NCBI GenBank assembly: GCA_025458245.1 | Contig: JALOSW010000006.1 | Location: forward strand, 2,115 to 66,114 | Length of the DNA: 64,000 nt | Direction of reading: 5' to 3' | Source of the DNA: Burkholderiales bacterium | Lineage (GTDB): Bacteria > Pseudomonadota > Gammaproteobacteria > Burkholderiales > SG8-39 | Shown: in pieces, positions 28,205 to 39,546 of the stretch | Layout: each line of letters starts with the position of its first letter | Numbering within the stretch: position 1 is the first letter of the stretch | Made by a program: the position numbers and the translations under genes | The notes under the pieces: model-generated | Told to the model about the DNA's origin: nothing | What the model saw: only the letters and a program-made list of their open reading frames with translations | Databases searched by the model: none

Positions 28205-29445
28205 CCGCGAGGTCGGAACCGGCGGCGGACGTTACCGGCGCGCTGCACTCCCGGGGTCCGGCCCCGCGTGCCGTCTTCATCGGATCGGGGCAGTATCGGC
28301 GCCCTTCCTACGGACGCAACCATCCGCTCGCGATCCCGCGCGTGTCGCTCACGTTCGATCTGCTCGCCGCGTACGACGCCCTCGCGGCAAACGAGATCGT
28401 GCAGGCACGCAAGGCCGCCGACCACGAGCTCGAGTGGTTCCATACCCGCGAGTATGTTGCGGCGGTAAAGCGAGCCGAGGCCGTGGGGCGCGTGCGCCAC
28501 GAGCATCGCGAGCGCCATCGGTTGGGCACGCTCGAGAATCCGTATTTCGATCAGTTCTTCACCACGCCTGCGACCGCCACCGGCGCGAGCATCCAGGCGG
28601 CCGAGGCCGTGCTCGAGGGCCGGGTTGCGTTCAATCCTGCGGGCGGCATGCATCACGCGCGTCCGGACGCGGCGCAGGGGTTCTGCTACTTCAACGACGC
28701 AGCTCTCGCGATCGTCAGGCTGCGGCGCGCCGGCCTGCGCGTCGCATACGTCGACATCGATGCGCACCATTGCGACGGCGTGGAGGCCGCGTTCGGTCAC
28801 GACCGCGACGTGCTCACCGTCTCGCTTCACATGGACACGTCGTACGCGTACCCGGGCGTCGGCGGACGTCTCGACCAAGCCGGCACGCCCGAGTCGGGCT
28901 ACACGACGGTCAACGTGCCGCTTCCCCGCGACGTCAACGATGCCGAGTACCGGATGCTCGTCGCCGACATCGTGCCGCGGGCGTTCGCGCGCTTCCGACC
29001 GGACGCGGTCGTGCTGCAGGCCGGCACCGACATGATCGGCGGGGATCCGCTCGGCAAGTGGCATCTCGCGACGGAGACGTTCTTGCATGCCGCCGAGGTC
29101 GTGCTCGAGGCCGCGCCGCGACACTCGCGGGGCGGCCCGGCGCTGATGGCAACGGGGGGCGGGGGTTACCACCCGATTCTGCTCGCGCGCGCCTGGGCCG
29201 GACTGTGGGCGCTGCTCGCGTGCCGTGCGCTCCCCGAAGCGATTCCGGCGGCAGGCGAAGCGCTGCTGCGCGCGGTGGGCTGGCGGGCCGAAGAAGCGGA
29301 CGACGACGAATCGGCTCGCGGATCGGCCGAGCGCGCGGCGCGCATGTACGTCTCGCGTCTCGACGCGCCGGCCATGCCGGCCGTGCGAGCGTATGCCCTT
29401 GCGCTGAGAGATCGGGTCCGCGCGCACCCCATGCTGCGGCCATGA
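28201..29445 (+). CDS. Histone deacetylase-family (AcuC / acetylpolyamine amidohydrolase-like) Zn-dependent deacylase
   Basis: Shows GRNHPLAIPR, AGGMHHA, DIDAHHCDG and GGGGYHP (catalytic Tyr). TTG 28201 is preceded by AAGGAGGGA. Confidence 0.85.
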   Translation: MTARSEPAADVTGALHSRGPAPRAVFIGSGQYRRPSYGRNHPLAIPRVSLTFDLLAAYDALAANEIVQARKAADHELEWFHTREYVAAVKRAEAVGRVRHEHRERHRLGTLENPYFDQFFTTPATATGASIQAAEAVLEGRVAFNPAGGMHHARPDAAQGFCYFNDAALAIVRLRRAGLRVAYVDIDAHHCDGVEAAFGHDRDVLTVSLHMDTSYAYPGVGGRLDQAGTPESGYTTVNVPLPRDVNDAEYRMLVADIVPRAFARFRPDAVVLQAGTDMIGGDPLGKWHLATETFLHAAEVVLEAAPRHSRGGPALMATGGGGYHPILLARAWAGLWALLACRALPEAIPAAGEALLRAVGWRAEEADDDESARGSAERAARMYVSRLDAPAMPAVRAYALALRDRVRAHPMLRP

Positions 29446-30596
29446 CGAGCGCCTTGAGACCGCTGGTATCCGGCGCGGCGACCCGTTCCGGCACCGAGGG
29501 ATATGCGACCTCGTTCGGCGCTGCGCTCGCCGCGGGCCACTACAGCGAGTTCCTGAACCTGCACCTGAAGCTTTCCTCGCTCGGCGTCGGGACCTTTGGC
29601 GGCGCGGCGAGCGATGCGGTCGACGCGGCGTACGCGGACATCGTGCGCGAGGCGGCGCTCTGCGGCATCAACGTGTTCGACACGGCGACCCACTACCGGT
29701 ACGGGCGCTCGATGCACGCCCTCGGCGAGGGACTGCGCCGGGCCTTTGCGGCGGGCGTGAGGCGCGAGCAGGTGTTCGTCATCGCCAAAGCGGGCTTCCT
29801 GGCGTTCCCCGGCGGCCCGCCTGCGGACTTCGACGCATGGTTCGAGGCGAACGTGGCGACCCCGGGGTTCGGGACGCGCGCGCAGCTCGTCGGACAACAT
29901 CTGCTGAGCCCCGAGTACTTGGACGCGCAGATCGACAAGGCGCGCGCGGCCCTGGGCCTCGAGACCATCGACGCGTTCCTGCTCGATCAGCCGGAGGTCC
30001 ACATTCCGGCGATCGGCAAGGAGCAGACGAATCGCGGCATCGCGCGGGTGTTCGTCGCGTTGGAGCGCGCAGTGAGCGCGAGGCGCATCGCCTGTTATGG
30101 CATCTCGACGTTCGAGGGTTTTCGTGTCGAGACCGACGCGGCGCTCTTCCAGTCGCTCACGTCCCTGCTCGGGCTGGCCGAGAAAGCCGCACGCGAGGTG
30201 CATGGCGACGGGGCGCGGCATGCGCTCAAGCTCGTGGAGATGCCCTTCAACCAGGCCATGACCGAAGGCTTCACGCGGTTCTCGCACGCGACCGGCAAGG
30301 GCAACATCGCGTCGACGGTGCAGGCGGCGCGGCAGCTCGGGGTCTATCTCGTCGCCTCGCACACGCTCGGGAAGGGGCTGCTCGCGACGCAGTCGGCCGA
30401 CGCGGTGCGGCTCGCCATGGCCGGGCTCGCGAACGATGCGCAGCGCGCTCTGCAGTTCAACCGATCCACCCCGGGCATCGGCACGAGCCTGGTCGGCATC
30501 TCGAGCGCCGAGCATCTCGCCGACCTGCTGGCGGTGGCGCGGACGGCGCCGCTCGCGAAGGACGCGTACGTGAAGCTCTACGATCGCGCGGACTGA
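29442..30596 (+). CDS. Aldo/keto reductase family oxidoreductase
   Basis: Shows LGVGTFGG and FDTATHYRYGRSMHALG. Its start overlaps the deacylase stop (ATGA). Confidence 0.8.
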   Translation: MTSALRPLVSGAATRSGTEGYATSFGAALAAGHYSEFLNLHLKLSSLGVGTFGGAASDAVDAAYADIVREAALCGINVFDTATHYRYGRSMHALGEGLRRAFAAGVRREQVFVIAKAGFLAFPGGPPADFDAWFEANVATPGFGTRAQLVGQHLLSPEYLDAQIDKARAALGLETIDAFLLDQPEVHIPAIGKEQTNRGIARVFVALERAVSARRIACYGISTFEGFRVETDAALFQSLTSLLGLAEKAAREVHGDGARHALKLVEMPFNQAMTEGFTRFSHATGKGNIASTVQAARQLGVYLVASHTLGKGLLATQSADAVRLAMAGLANDAQRALQFNRSTPGIGTSLVGISSAEHLADLLAVARTAPLAKDAYVKLYDRAD

Positions 30597-30612
30597 CGGA
30601 CGTCTGCCCCGG

Positions 30613-31923
30613 TCAGCGGTGCGGCGGCTTCTCCATGCCGATGAGATGCAGGGAGTCGCCCTGGCGCTGATTCTGCTGGTGCCGCTTCCAGACGAGCACC
30701 ATCGACCCGGCCACGAACAGTCCGAAAAGGACGATCACCGTGTAGATCGAGAGGTCCGCCTTGATCATCGCCGCGTAGAGCGCGAGCATCACCAGGATCG
30801 AAAGGTTCTCGTTGAAGTTCTGCACGGCGATGGAGTGACCCGCGCCCATGAGGATGTGGCCACGGTGCTGCAGCAGCGCGTTCATCGGCACGACGAAGAA
30901 CCCCGCGAAGCCGCCGATCAGCACCATCAGCGGGATCGCGACCCAGACGTCGCGGACGAAGTTCATGATGATCACGACGAGACCCATCATGATCCCGACC
31001 GGCAGCACGTTCACTGATTTCTTCAGGGGCACGTACTTTGCCGCGACGACCGCCCCGGCGGCGATGCCGATCGCCACGACGCCCTGCAACAGCGTCGCCT
31101 GGCTGAGCGAGTAGCCGAGCGCGGTCTCGGCCCATTTCAGGACGATGAACTGCAGCGTCGCGCCGGCACCCCAGAAGAGCGTCGTGGTCGCGAGCGAAAT
31201 CTGGCCGAGCTTGTCTTTCCACAGCAGCGAGACGCAGTGGTAGAAGTCGTGCGCCAGATAGAGCGGGTTCTTCTTCAGGACGTGGTGGTCCACCCCGGTG
31301 TCGGGGATGTAGAGGTTGAAGATCGCCGCGACCACGTAGAACACACCGATCACCAGGATGGCGGCCTCGGCGGGGCTGTCGATGCTCGAATCGAAGTGCG
31401 GGATGTCGATCGCGAGCAGCGTGCTGGAAACCCTGGCACTCACCAGCGCCCCGCCCAGGACCGTGCCGAGGATGATCGAGCCGACGGTCGTGGCCTCGAT
31501 CCAGCCGTTCGCCACGACGAGTTGCTGCGGCGGCAGCAGCTCCGTGAGGATGCCGTACTTGGCGGGCGAATAGGCCGCGGCGCCGAGACCGACCACGGCG
31601 TAGGCGACGAGCACCATGAGGTAGCCGGGCGCCCCCGCCATGGAGAGCTGCGCATAGAAGAGCATCATCAGGCAGCCGGCGACCTTGATGGTGTTCGTGA
31701 TGAACATGACCCGCCCCTTCGGCATCGAGTCGGCGAAGGCCCCGACGAACGCAGCCAAGGCTACGTACGAGATGACGAAGAAGAATTTCAGGAGCGGGAT
31801 CATCCACGCCGGGCCGGCGAGCTGCATGAGCAGCGCGATCGCGGCAACGAGCAGCGCGTTGTCGGCGAGCGACGAGAAGAACTGCGCCGCCATGATGGTG
31901 TAGAAGCCGCGCTTCATGGCCAT
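30613..31923 (-). CDS. lplT: MFS lysophospholipid transporter LplT
   Basis: Shows MAAQFFSSLADNALL, and is a 12-TM-like hydrophobic protein with PKGRVMF. Confidence 0.8.
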   Translation of the reverse strand: MAMKRGFYTIMAAQFFSSLADNALLVAAIALLMQLAGPAWMIPLLKFFFVISYVALAAFVGAFADSMPKGRVMFITNTIKVAGCLMMLFYAQLSMAGAPGYLMVLVAYAVVGLGAAAYSPAKYGILTELLPPQQLVVANGWIEATTVGSIILGTVLGGALVSARVSSTLLAIDIPHFDSSIDSPAEAAILVIGVFYVVAAIFNLYIPDTGVDHHVLKKNPLYLAHDFYHCVSLLWKDKLGQISLATTTLFWGAGATLQFIVLKWAETALGYSLSQATLLQGVVAIGIAAGAVVAAKYVPLKKSVNVLPVGIMMGLVVIIMNFVRDVWVAIPLMVLIGGFAGFFVVPMNALLQHRGHILMGAGHSIAVQNFNENLSILVMLALYAAMIKADLSIYTVIVLFGLFVAGSMVLVWKRHQQNQRQGDSLHLIGMEKPPHR

Positions 31924-32150
31924 CGGGGGAGGCCTCGTGCGGCGCGCGCGGCCACGTGCGCCTCCCCGCGGCGCCGGCGGGGCGCCGCGACGGTCGCGGT
32001 CGAGTCGTTGCGGCGTGGAGCGCGGCGCTGCAAGTGGGGACGGCCCGGGTCGGGTTTATCGGTATGGTTTCAGCCGGGACGCGCGGGGTTATACCACGCG
32101 CACCAGCGGTTCTGGTCGGTCGCGGCCGACCTGAGGTCGCGCTCCCCGTC

Positions 32151-32660
32151 TTAGTGGTCCGAAGGCGTCCCGCGTTCCCGGTTCGAACGCGCGGCGACCT
32201 CGCGCAGCAGTCGCTCCTGCTCGGCGAACGAGAGAACCCGCTTGTTCCGCCCGTGCGCGCCGGCGCCTGCTTGCTCCGCGTCGTCGGTATATCGGCCCTT
32301 GAAGCCGTCGGGCGGCGCGGTTCCGGTCGAGAGATAGACCTCGCTCCGGATTTTTCTGTTCAAGGCGACGATCCGGCGATCGATCCAAACGAGGTCGTAA
32401 AGTGCCAGCAGGACCATGACGACCAGGGCGGCGGCGGCGGCGCGCCAGTCGAAGAACGAGAGCGCCGCGGCGAGCGCGGTCAGCCCGCGAAAAAGCCAAG
32501 CCCCGGCGGGATGCTCCAGATAGGCGTGGTGGAGCCCCAGGGGAAACGCCGCCCAGAGACCGTATGCCCGGCCCCGTCGTTTCAGGCGCCGCGCGAGGCG
32601 CAGATTCGCCGCCTGCAGCCCGCCGCCGGCGAGGTCGATGCGCTTCCAACCCTCACTCAT
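32151..32660 (-). CDS. Hypothetical small membrane protein
   Basis: Has two hydrophobic segments (YGLWAAFPLGLHHAYL and AAAAALVVMVLLALYDLVWI) and a charged C-terminus. Confidence 0.5.
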   Translation of the reverse strand: MSEGWKRIDLAGGGLQAANLRLARRLKRRGRAYGLWAAFPLGLHHAYLEHPAGAWLFRGLTALAAALSFFDWRAAAAALVVMVLLALYDLVWIDRRIVALNRKIRSEVYLSTGTAPPDGFKGRYTDDAEQAGAGAHGRNKRVLSFAEQERLLREVAARSNRERGTPSDH

Positions 32661-32746
32661 GCCGGGCGCTCATAAATGGGCAGATCATGAGCTTTTATGC
32701 TGAAATAAGGGGCGCGAGAATAACACGGCAATCAGAGGCTCCCTCC

Positions 32747-33649
32747 ATGGCGGATCGCAGGCTCCAGGTGTTTCACGCAGTGGCGAAGCAAATGAGTTTC
32801 ACCAAGGCGGCCGACGTGCTCTTCATGACCCAGCCTGCGGTCACGTTTCAGATCAAGCAGCTCGAGGAGCATTTCAACACGCGGCTCTTCGAGCGCGGCC
32901 ACGGCCGCATCGCGCTCACGCCTGCCGGCGAGCTGGTGCTCGAGTATGCCGAGCGGATCCTCGCGATGTCCGGCGAGATGGAAACGCGGGTGAAGGAGCT
33001 CACCGGCCGACTCTCGGGGCCGCTCCTGATCGGCGCGAGCACGACGATCGCGGAATTCCTCCTGCCGCGAGTGCTCGGGGAGTTCAAGGCCGCGCACCCG
33101 GAAGTCGAGCCGCGCCTGACTGTGGCGAACTCGGAAACGATCGAGGGGCGGGTCGCCGAGCACACGCTCGACCTCGGCCTGATCGAGGCGCCGTCGCACC
33201 TCGCGGCGCTGCAGACGGAGGCCTGCTGCGAGGACGAGCTGCAGGTCGTCGTCGCCCCGTCGCACGCTCTCGCGAAGCTGAAGACGGTTACGCCGAAGCA
33301 GCTGGTCGGACACGCGTACATCAGCCGGGAGTCCGGCTCCGGCACGCGCGAGTTCACCGACATCTATCTGCGCAAGGCCGGCCTCGATCCGGCGCAGCTC
33401 AAGGCGGTGATGGAACTCGGGAGCCCGGAGGCGATCAAGGGCGTGGTCGGGACGGGGCTCGGCTTCGCGATCCTCTCGCGCGTGACCGTCGAGAAGGACC
33501 AGCGGCTGGGCGAGTTGGCGGCGCTGCCGCTGGCGCCCCGGCTTCTGCGTTCGCTGTCGCTCGTCTATCCCAAGGAGAAGTTCCGGTCGCGCCTGGTCAA
33601 CACCTTCGTCGAGTTCGCGAAGAGCCGCCTGAAATCCGTGACCGCATGA
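32747..33649 (+). CDS. LysR-family transcriptional regulator
   Basis: MADRRLQVFHAVAKQMSFTKAADVLFMTQPAVTFQIKQLEE is the HTH region. I chose the start at ATG 32747. Confidence 0.9.
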   Translation: MADRRLQVFHAVAKQMSFTKAADVLFMTQPAVTFQIKQLEEHFNTRLFERGHGRIALTPAGELVLEYAERILAMSGEMETRVKELTGRLSGPLLIGASTTIAEFLLPRVLGEFKAAHPEVEPRLTVANSETIEGRVAEHTLDLGLIEAPSHLAALQTEACCEDELQVVVAPSHALAKLKTVTPKQLVGHAYISRESGSGTREFTDIYLRKAGLDPAQLKAVMELGSPEAIKGVVGTGLGFAILSRVTVEKDQRLGELAALPLAPRLLRSLSLVYPKEKFRSRLVNTFVEFAKSRLKSVTA

Positions 33650-33752
33650 GGCCGGCGGCGAGGCGCGCGCCTCGCGCCGGCCTCGCTGCACGGTCGAGTC
33701 CCTGTTAGCATCCCGCCTCGGTTTCCTTGGCTGCCTCGCGGCGGTCGCCGCA

Positions 33753-34496
33753 GTGATCCGTTTCGTCGTCATCCAACACAGCTACGCCGAGTTCCTCGGC
33801 ACGTTCGAGCCGCAGCTCGAGGCGCGCGACATCGGCTTCACGTACGTGCGCCCGGTGACGGGCCAGGACGTGATCGGCAGCGCGCTCCAGTACGACGCCC
33901 TTTGGATGCTGGGCGGCGCATACCCGGTCGACGACCGCGAGCACTGCCCCTGGATCGATGACGAGCTTCGGCTGGTGACGATCTTCCAGAAAGCGCGCCG
34001 GCCGGTCGTCGGCATCGGCTTCGGCGGGCACGTGGTGGCGTTGTCGTGCGGAGGCGTCGCGCGCCGAGAGCCCTTTCACGACGCGTACTGGACCACTGCT
34101 CACGCAACCGAGGCAGGCGGCGCCGATCCGCTGGCGCAGGCGGTGGACGGGCGCAGGGTGCTCGTGATGGCGAACGGGCGAGTCGAACTGCCCGCGCGCG
34201 TCGCGCCGCTCGTGGTCGACGACGCCGGACGCTGGATCGCCGTGCGGCCCGATCCGCTCACCGTCGGCATGCTATTTCGCCCGGAGCTGAAGCCGGGCAT
34301 GATCGAAGACATGATCATGGAAGAGGATCGCCCGGTGCCGGACGCGATCGGCGAGCTGCTGGACGAAGCGCGCGCACGCTGGGGCGAGATGCAGGAGACG
34401 ACCGATCGGGTCGTCGCGGCGCTGGTCGCATCGCTCGACCTCATGCGCGAGCGGCGGAAGATGCCGGTTTTCACGATGACGGTGAAGCGCGATTGA
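33753..34496 (+). CDS. Class I glutamine amidotransferase-like protein with a degenerate nucleophile motif
   Basis: Has a GATase1-like N-terminus (IRFVVIQH) and VVGIGFGGHVVA where GxCxGxQ is expected. The start codon is GTG. Confidence 0.55.
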   Translation: MIRFVVIQHSYAEFLGTFEPQLEARDIGFTYVRPVTGQDVIGSALQYDALWMLGGAYPVDDREHCPWIDDELRLVTIFQKARRPVVGIGFGGHVVALSCGGVARREPFHDAYWTTAHATEAGGADPLAQAVDGRRVLVMANGRVELPARVAPLVVDDAGRWIAVRPDPLTVGMLFRPELKPGMIEDMIMEEDRPVPDAIGELLDEARARWGEMQETTDRVVAALVASLDLMRERRKMPVFTMTVKRD

Positions 34497-34540
34497 AGAG
34501 GCGAGACGCGGGTGCGCGAGCGTGCTCCGAACCAAAATGA

Positions 34541-34903
34541 GTGACGGCAGTGAACCGGCCTGGTGACGCGGCATCCGCGCAGGCGGAGCTGGTCGACCTC
34601 GCGAGTCGACTGGCCGACGACGACCGGCGCACGCTGCTCGAGTTTGCCCGGTTCCTCGCTGCGCGCCGCGATCGTGCCGCCGCCGCGCCGCGCATCGACC
34701 TGGCGCGGCCGGCTGCGGAGACGGTCGTGCAGGCCGTGAAGCGGCTCAACGCGAGCTACCCGATGCTGGAGCGCCGGCGGCTTGTGACGCGGGTCGGTGT
34801 GCTGCTCTCGAGCCACATGGTAGACGGGCGCGACGCGGCGAGCGTGATCGACGATCTCGAGGCGCTCTACGTCGCGGCCTACCGCGAGGCGGGCGGCGAC
34901 TAG
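34541..34903 (+). CDS. Hypothetical 120-aa protein
   Basis: Codon bias is coding-like. The motif RTLLEFARFLAARR resembles a helical antitoxin-type N-terminus, but I cannot assign a family. Confidence 0.4.
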   Translation: MTAVNRPGDAASAQAELVDLASRLADDDRRTLLEFARFLAARRDRAAAAPRIDLARPAAETVVQAVKRLNASYPMLERRRLVTRVGVLLSSHMVDGRDAASVIDDLEALYVAAYREAGGD

Positions 34904-34914
34904 CGATCCGCGCC

Positions 34915-35981
34915 ATGCCGAGGCCGATCTCCGCGACCTTCGATTGCGCCGCGTTCCGTGCGAACCTTGCGACGGTTCGCCGACACGCCGGCGCCGCGCG
35001 GGTCTGGGCGGTGGTCAAGGCGAATGCATACGGCCACGGCCTCGCGCGAGCGGCCGCGGCGCTCGCGGAAGCCGACGGCTTCGCGCTCCTCGATCTCGAC
35101 GAGGCCGTCCGGCTTCGCGACCTCGGCATGGCGAAGCCGATTCTGCTCCTGGAGGGATTCTTCGCGTCCCAGGACCTCGCCACGCTTTCGGCGCTCGGCC
35201 TGACGGCGGTCGTCCATTCGGACGAACAGGTCGCGATGCTCGCATCGGCGCGGGTGTCGCGGCCCATCGACGTGTTCCTCAAACTGAACACCGGCATGAA
35301 CCGGCTCGGCTTCGCGGCCGAACGCTGCGCCGACGTGTTCGCGCGGCTGCGAGACGCGCGCGCGGTCGGCGAGGTTGCGTTCATGACCCATTTCGCGGAT
35401 GCCGACGGGCCCTCGGGCGTCGCGGCGCAGCTCGAACGCTTCCATGCGGCGACGCGCGGCTTGCCCGGGTTGCGCAGCGTCGCCAACTCGGCGGCGATCT
35501 TGCGCTTCCCCGACACGCGCGCCGATTGGGTGAGGCCGGGAATCTCTCTTTACGGCTGCTCGCCGTTCGCGGACGAGAGCGCCGATGACCTCGGGCTGCG
35601 CCCGGTCATGACGCTCGCGAGCGAGGTGATCGGCGTGCAGAGCCTGCGCGCCGGCGAGCGCGTCGGCTACGGCGGGACGTTCGTCGCCCACGCGCCGATG
35701 CGCGTCGGGATCGTCGCATGCGGGTACGCGGACGGCTATCCGCGACACGCCCCGAGCGGGACGCCGATCGTCGTGGCGGGCGAGCGCACTCGCACCGTGG
35801 GACGCGTGTCGATGGACATGCTCGTCGCCGATCTCACCTCGATACCCGAAGCCGGCGTGGGTTCTGCCGTGACCCTCTGGGGAGAAGGGCTCTCGTGCGA
35901 CGAGGTCGCCGCGGCATCGGGTACGGTGAGCTATGAGCTCCTCTGCGCCCTCGCGGCGCGCGTGCCGCAGCGGGAGCGCAC

Positions 35982-35985
<4 letters not shown>
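34915..35985 (+). CDS. alr: Alanine racemase
   Basis: Shows AVVKANAYGHGL (PLP lysine) and ARVSMDML-like RVSMDMLVAD. Confidence 0.9.
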
Positions 35986-37343
<1,358 letters not shown>

Positions 37344-37353
37344 CGCCCCGGCT

Positions 37354-38649
37354 TCAGGCGGGCGTGAGTTCGACGTCCGCGGCGAGCGCGGCCGCGCGAA
37401 TGCCGCTCCGCACCGCCGATTCGAGCGTTCCCGGATAGTCGCTCGCAGTGTAGTCGCCGGCGAGAAGGAGGCCGGAGACAGCCGTCTCGTTCGCGGGACG
37501 GTGCAAGCCGGGCGTGCACGCGAAAGTCGCGCGGCGCTCCGCGATCACCCGGGCCCATCGCGGCGAAGGCAAATCCGGGACGACCGTGCGTAGCGCGTCA
37601 TGGACGAGGCGCGTGAACGCCGCGTGGCCTGCATCTTCGTGGGGCCCGCTCGCGCTCGTTACTGCCGCGACGAGACCGGAGTGCCCCGAAAGCGCGCCGC
37701 GGTCGAACGCCCAGTGCACGGCACCCGATTCGAAGCCGATCATGGGAAACGGCAGGGTGACCGATTCGGGGTACTGCAGATAGCACGTGTAGATCGGCTC
37801 GAACCGCAGCGCAGAGAGTTGCGCCGCAAGCGGCGCGAGCGGCTCCAGATTTCCGACGAGCGCGGCCGCGTGTTGCGGCGCGCAGGCCACGATCACGGCG
37901 TCGAACTGTCCGGCGTTCTCGACGGTCCAGAAGCCGTCGCCGGCGCGCGCGATCGTGCGCACGGGTTCGCCGAGGGCCACGACGCCCGCGCGTTCGCGGA
38001 TGAACGCTGCGGCAGCGTCCGGGAAGAGCGCGCCGAGGTCCGCGCGCGGAAGCAGGAGATCGGAAGCGCTGCGATCGCCTTCGAAGGTGTCGCGCAGCAC
38101 GTTGGCGAAGACCTGCGCCGATGCCGCTCGCGAGGGCGTGTTGAGCGCGGCGACGCAGAGCGGCTCCCAGAGTCGCGCGCGCACCGCCTCGGGTTGACGG
38201 TGTCGGGCGAGCAGATCGGCGACGGCGACGTCGGCGGCGAGCCGGTAGCCCGACCGGCGCAGACTGCGCATGAACCGGAGTGCAGCCCATTTTTCGCCGA
38301 ACGCGAGCCCCCGGGCCCCCGCGAGCGCTCCCGCGAGATGCAGCGGCGCGGGCCACCGCGGGGCGCGCATGCGAAAACCTCCCGCGAGCCGAAGCTCCAG
38401 CGGCAACCGAAGCATCGCCCGGTCGACGTCGACGCCGACACGTCGCATCAGGCGCAGCGTGTCTCGATAGGCACCGACGAGGATGTGCTGGCCATTGTCG
38501 AGCGCGCGGCCTTCGACTTCCACGCGCCGCGCCCTGCCGCCGAGTTGGCGGGCAGCTTCGAACACCTGCACGCGGGTGCCGCTCTCGGCGAGAACAACGG
38601 CGGCGGCGAGCCCGGCCCAGCCGCCGCCGATCACGGCGACCCGGTTCAT
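37354..38649 (-). CDS. hpnE: Hydroxysqualene dehydroxylase HpnE (FAD amine-oxidase fold)
   Basis: Shows VAVIGGGWAGLAAAV and FEAARQLGGRAR. It lies downstream of hpnC-hpnD. Confidence 0.8.
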   Translation of the reverse strand: MNRVAVIGGGWAGLAAAVVLAESGTRVQVFEAARQLGGRARRVEVEGRALDNGQHILVGAYRDTLRLMRRVGVDVDRAMLRLPLELRLAGGFRMRAPRWPAPLHLAGALAGARGLAFGEKWAALRFMRSLRRSGYRLAADVAVADLLARHRQPEAVRARLWEPLCVAALNTPSRAASAQVFANVLRDTFEGDRSASDLLLPRADLGALFPDAAAAFIRERAGVVALGEPVRTIARAGDGFWTVENAGQFDAVIVACAPQHAAALVGNLEPLAPLAAQLSALRFEPIYTCYLQYPESVTLPFPMIGFESGAVHWAFDRGALSGHSGLVAAVTSASGPHEDAGHAAFTRLVHDALRTVVPDLPSPRWARVIAERRATFACTPGLHRPANETAVSGLLLAGDYTASDYPGTLESAVRSGIRAAALAADVELTPA

Positions 38650-38677
38650 GCGGCAGGCCGAGCGGCGCGCGCTCCGC

Positions 38678-39511
38678 TCACGCGGTGATCCACGTCTTCC
38701 ACGCGATCCAGAGCTTGCGCAGCGGCGTGAGCGCGACGCGTTCGGTCAGCACCGGGAACTGGTCGCGGCGGATCTCCTCGAGCAGCGTACGGTAGATGGC
38801 TGCCATCACGAGGCCCGGGCGCTGGCTCCGTCGGTCGGCGGCGGGCAGCAACGCGAAGGCTTCGTCGTACCACCTCTCGGCGCGCTCGGCCTGGAACGCC
38901 ATCAGCGCCCGGAAGTTGTCCGTCGCGCGCGCCGCGAGGATATCGGCGGCCGGAACGTCGAAACGAGCCAGCTCGTCGAGCGGCAGGTAGATGCGGTTGC
39001 GCCGCGCGTCCTCACCGACATCGCGGATGATGTTGGTGAGCTGGAAGGCGATGCCGAGCTTCTCTGCATACTCGCGCGAGCGCGGGTCGGTATAGCCGAA
39101 GATTCCGGCGGCGAGGATCCCCACGCTCCCGGCCACGAGGTACGCATAGCGCCGCAGCGAGTCGAAGTCGCGATACCGCGCGTGCGTGAGATCCATCTCC
39201 ATGCCGTCGAGGATCTCGCCGAGCCGCTGCTCGCTGAGGTCGAACCGGTCGACGAACGGTGCGAGCGCCTGCGTGACCGGATGCGTGGGCGTGCCGGCAT
39301 GGAGCGCCGCGACTTCGCCTCGCCACCACGCGAGCGTCGCACGGGCGATGTCGGGATCGTGGACCTCGTCGACGACGTCGTCGACCTCGCGGCAGAACGC
39401 GTACACCGCGGTGATCGCGCGCCGCCGCTCGGGCGGAAGGAACAGAAACGAGTAGTAGAAGCTCGAGCCGCTCTGGGCCGCTTTCTGCTGGCAATACTCG
39501 TCCGGCGTCAT
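38678..39511 (-). CDS. hpnD: Presqualene diphosphate synthase HpnD
   Basis: Shows YYSFLFLP, FCREVDDVVDE and NIIRDVGEDARRNRIYLP. ATG 39511 lies inside a much longer spurious ORF-track entry. Confidence 0.85.
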   Translation of the reverse strand: MTPDEYCQQKAAQSGSSFYYSFLFLPPERRRAITAVYAFCREVDDVVDEVHDPDIARATLAWWRGEVAALHAGTPTHPVTQALAPFVDRFDLSEQRLGEILDGMEMDLTHARYRDFDSLRRYAYLVAGSVGILAAGIFGYTDPRSREYAEKLGIAFQLTNIIRDVGEDARRNRIYLPLDELARFDVPAADILAARATDNFRALMAFQAERAERWYDEAFALLPAADRRSQRPGLVMAAIYRTLLEEIRRDQFPVLTERVALTPLRKLWIAWKTWITA

Positions 39512-39546
39512 CGGCGCGGGTCGGGGCTGGGGTTGGCGGTGACGAT

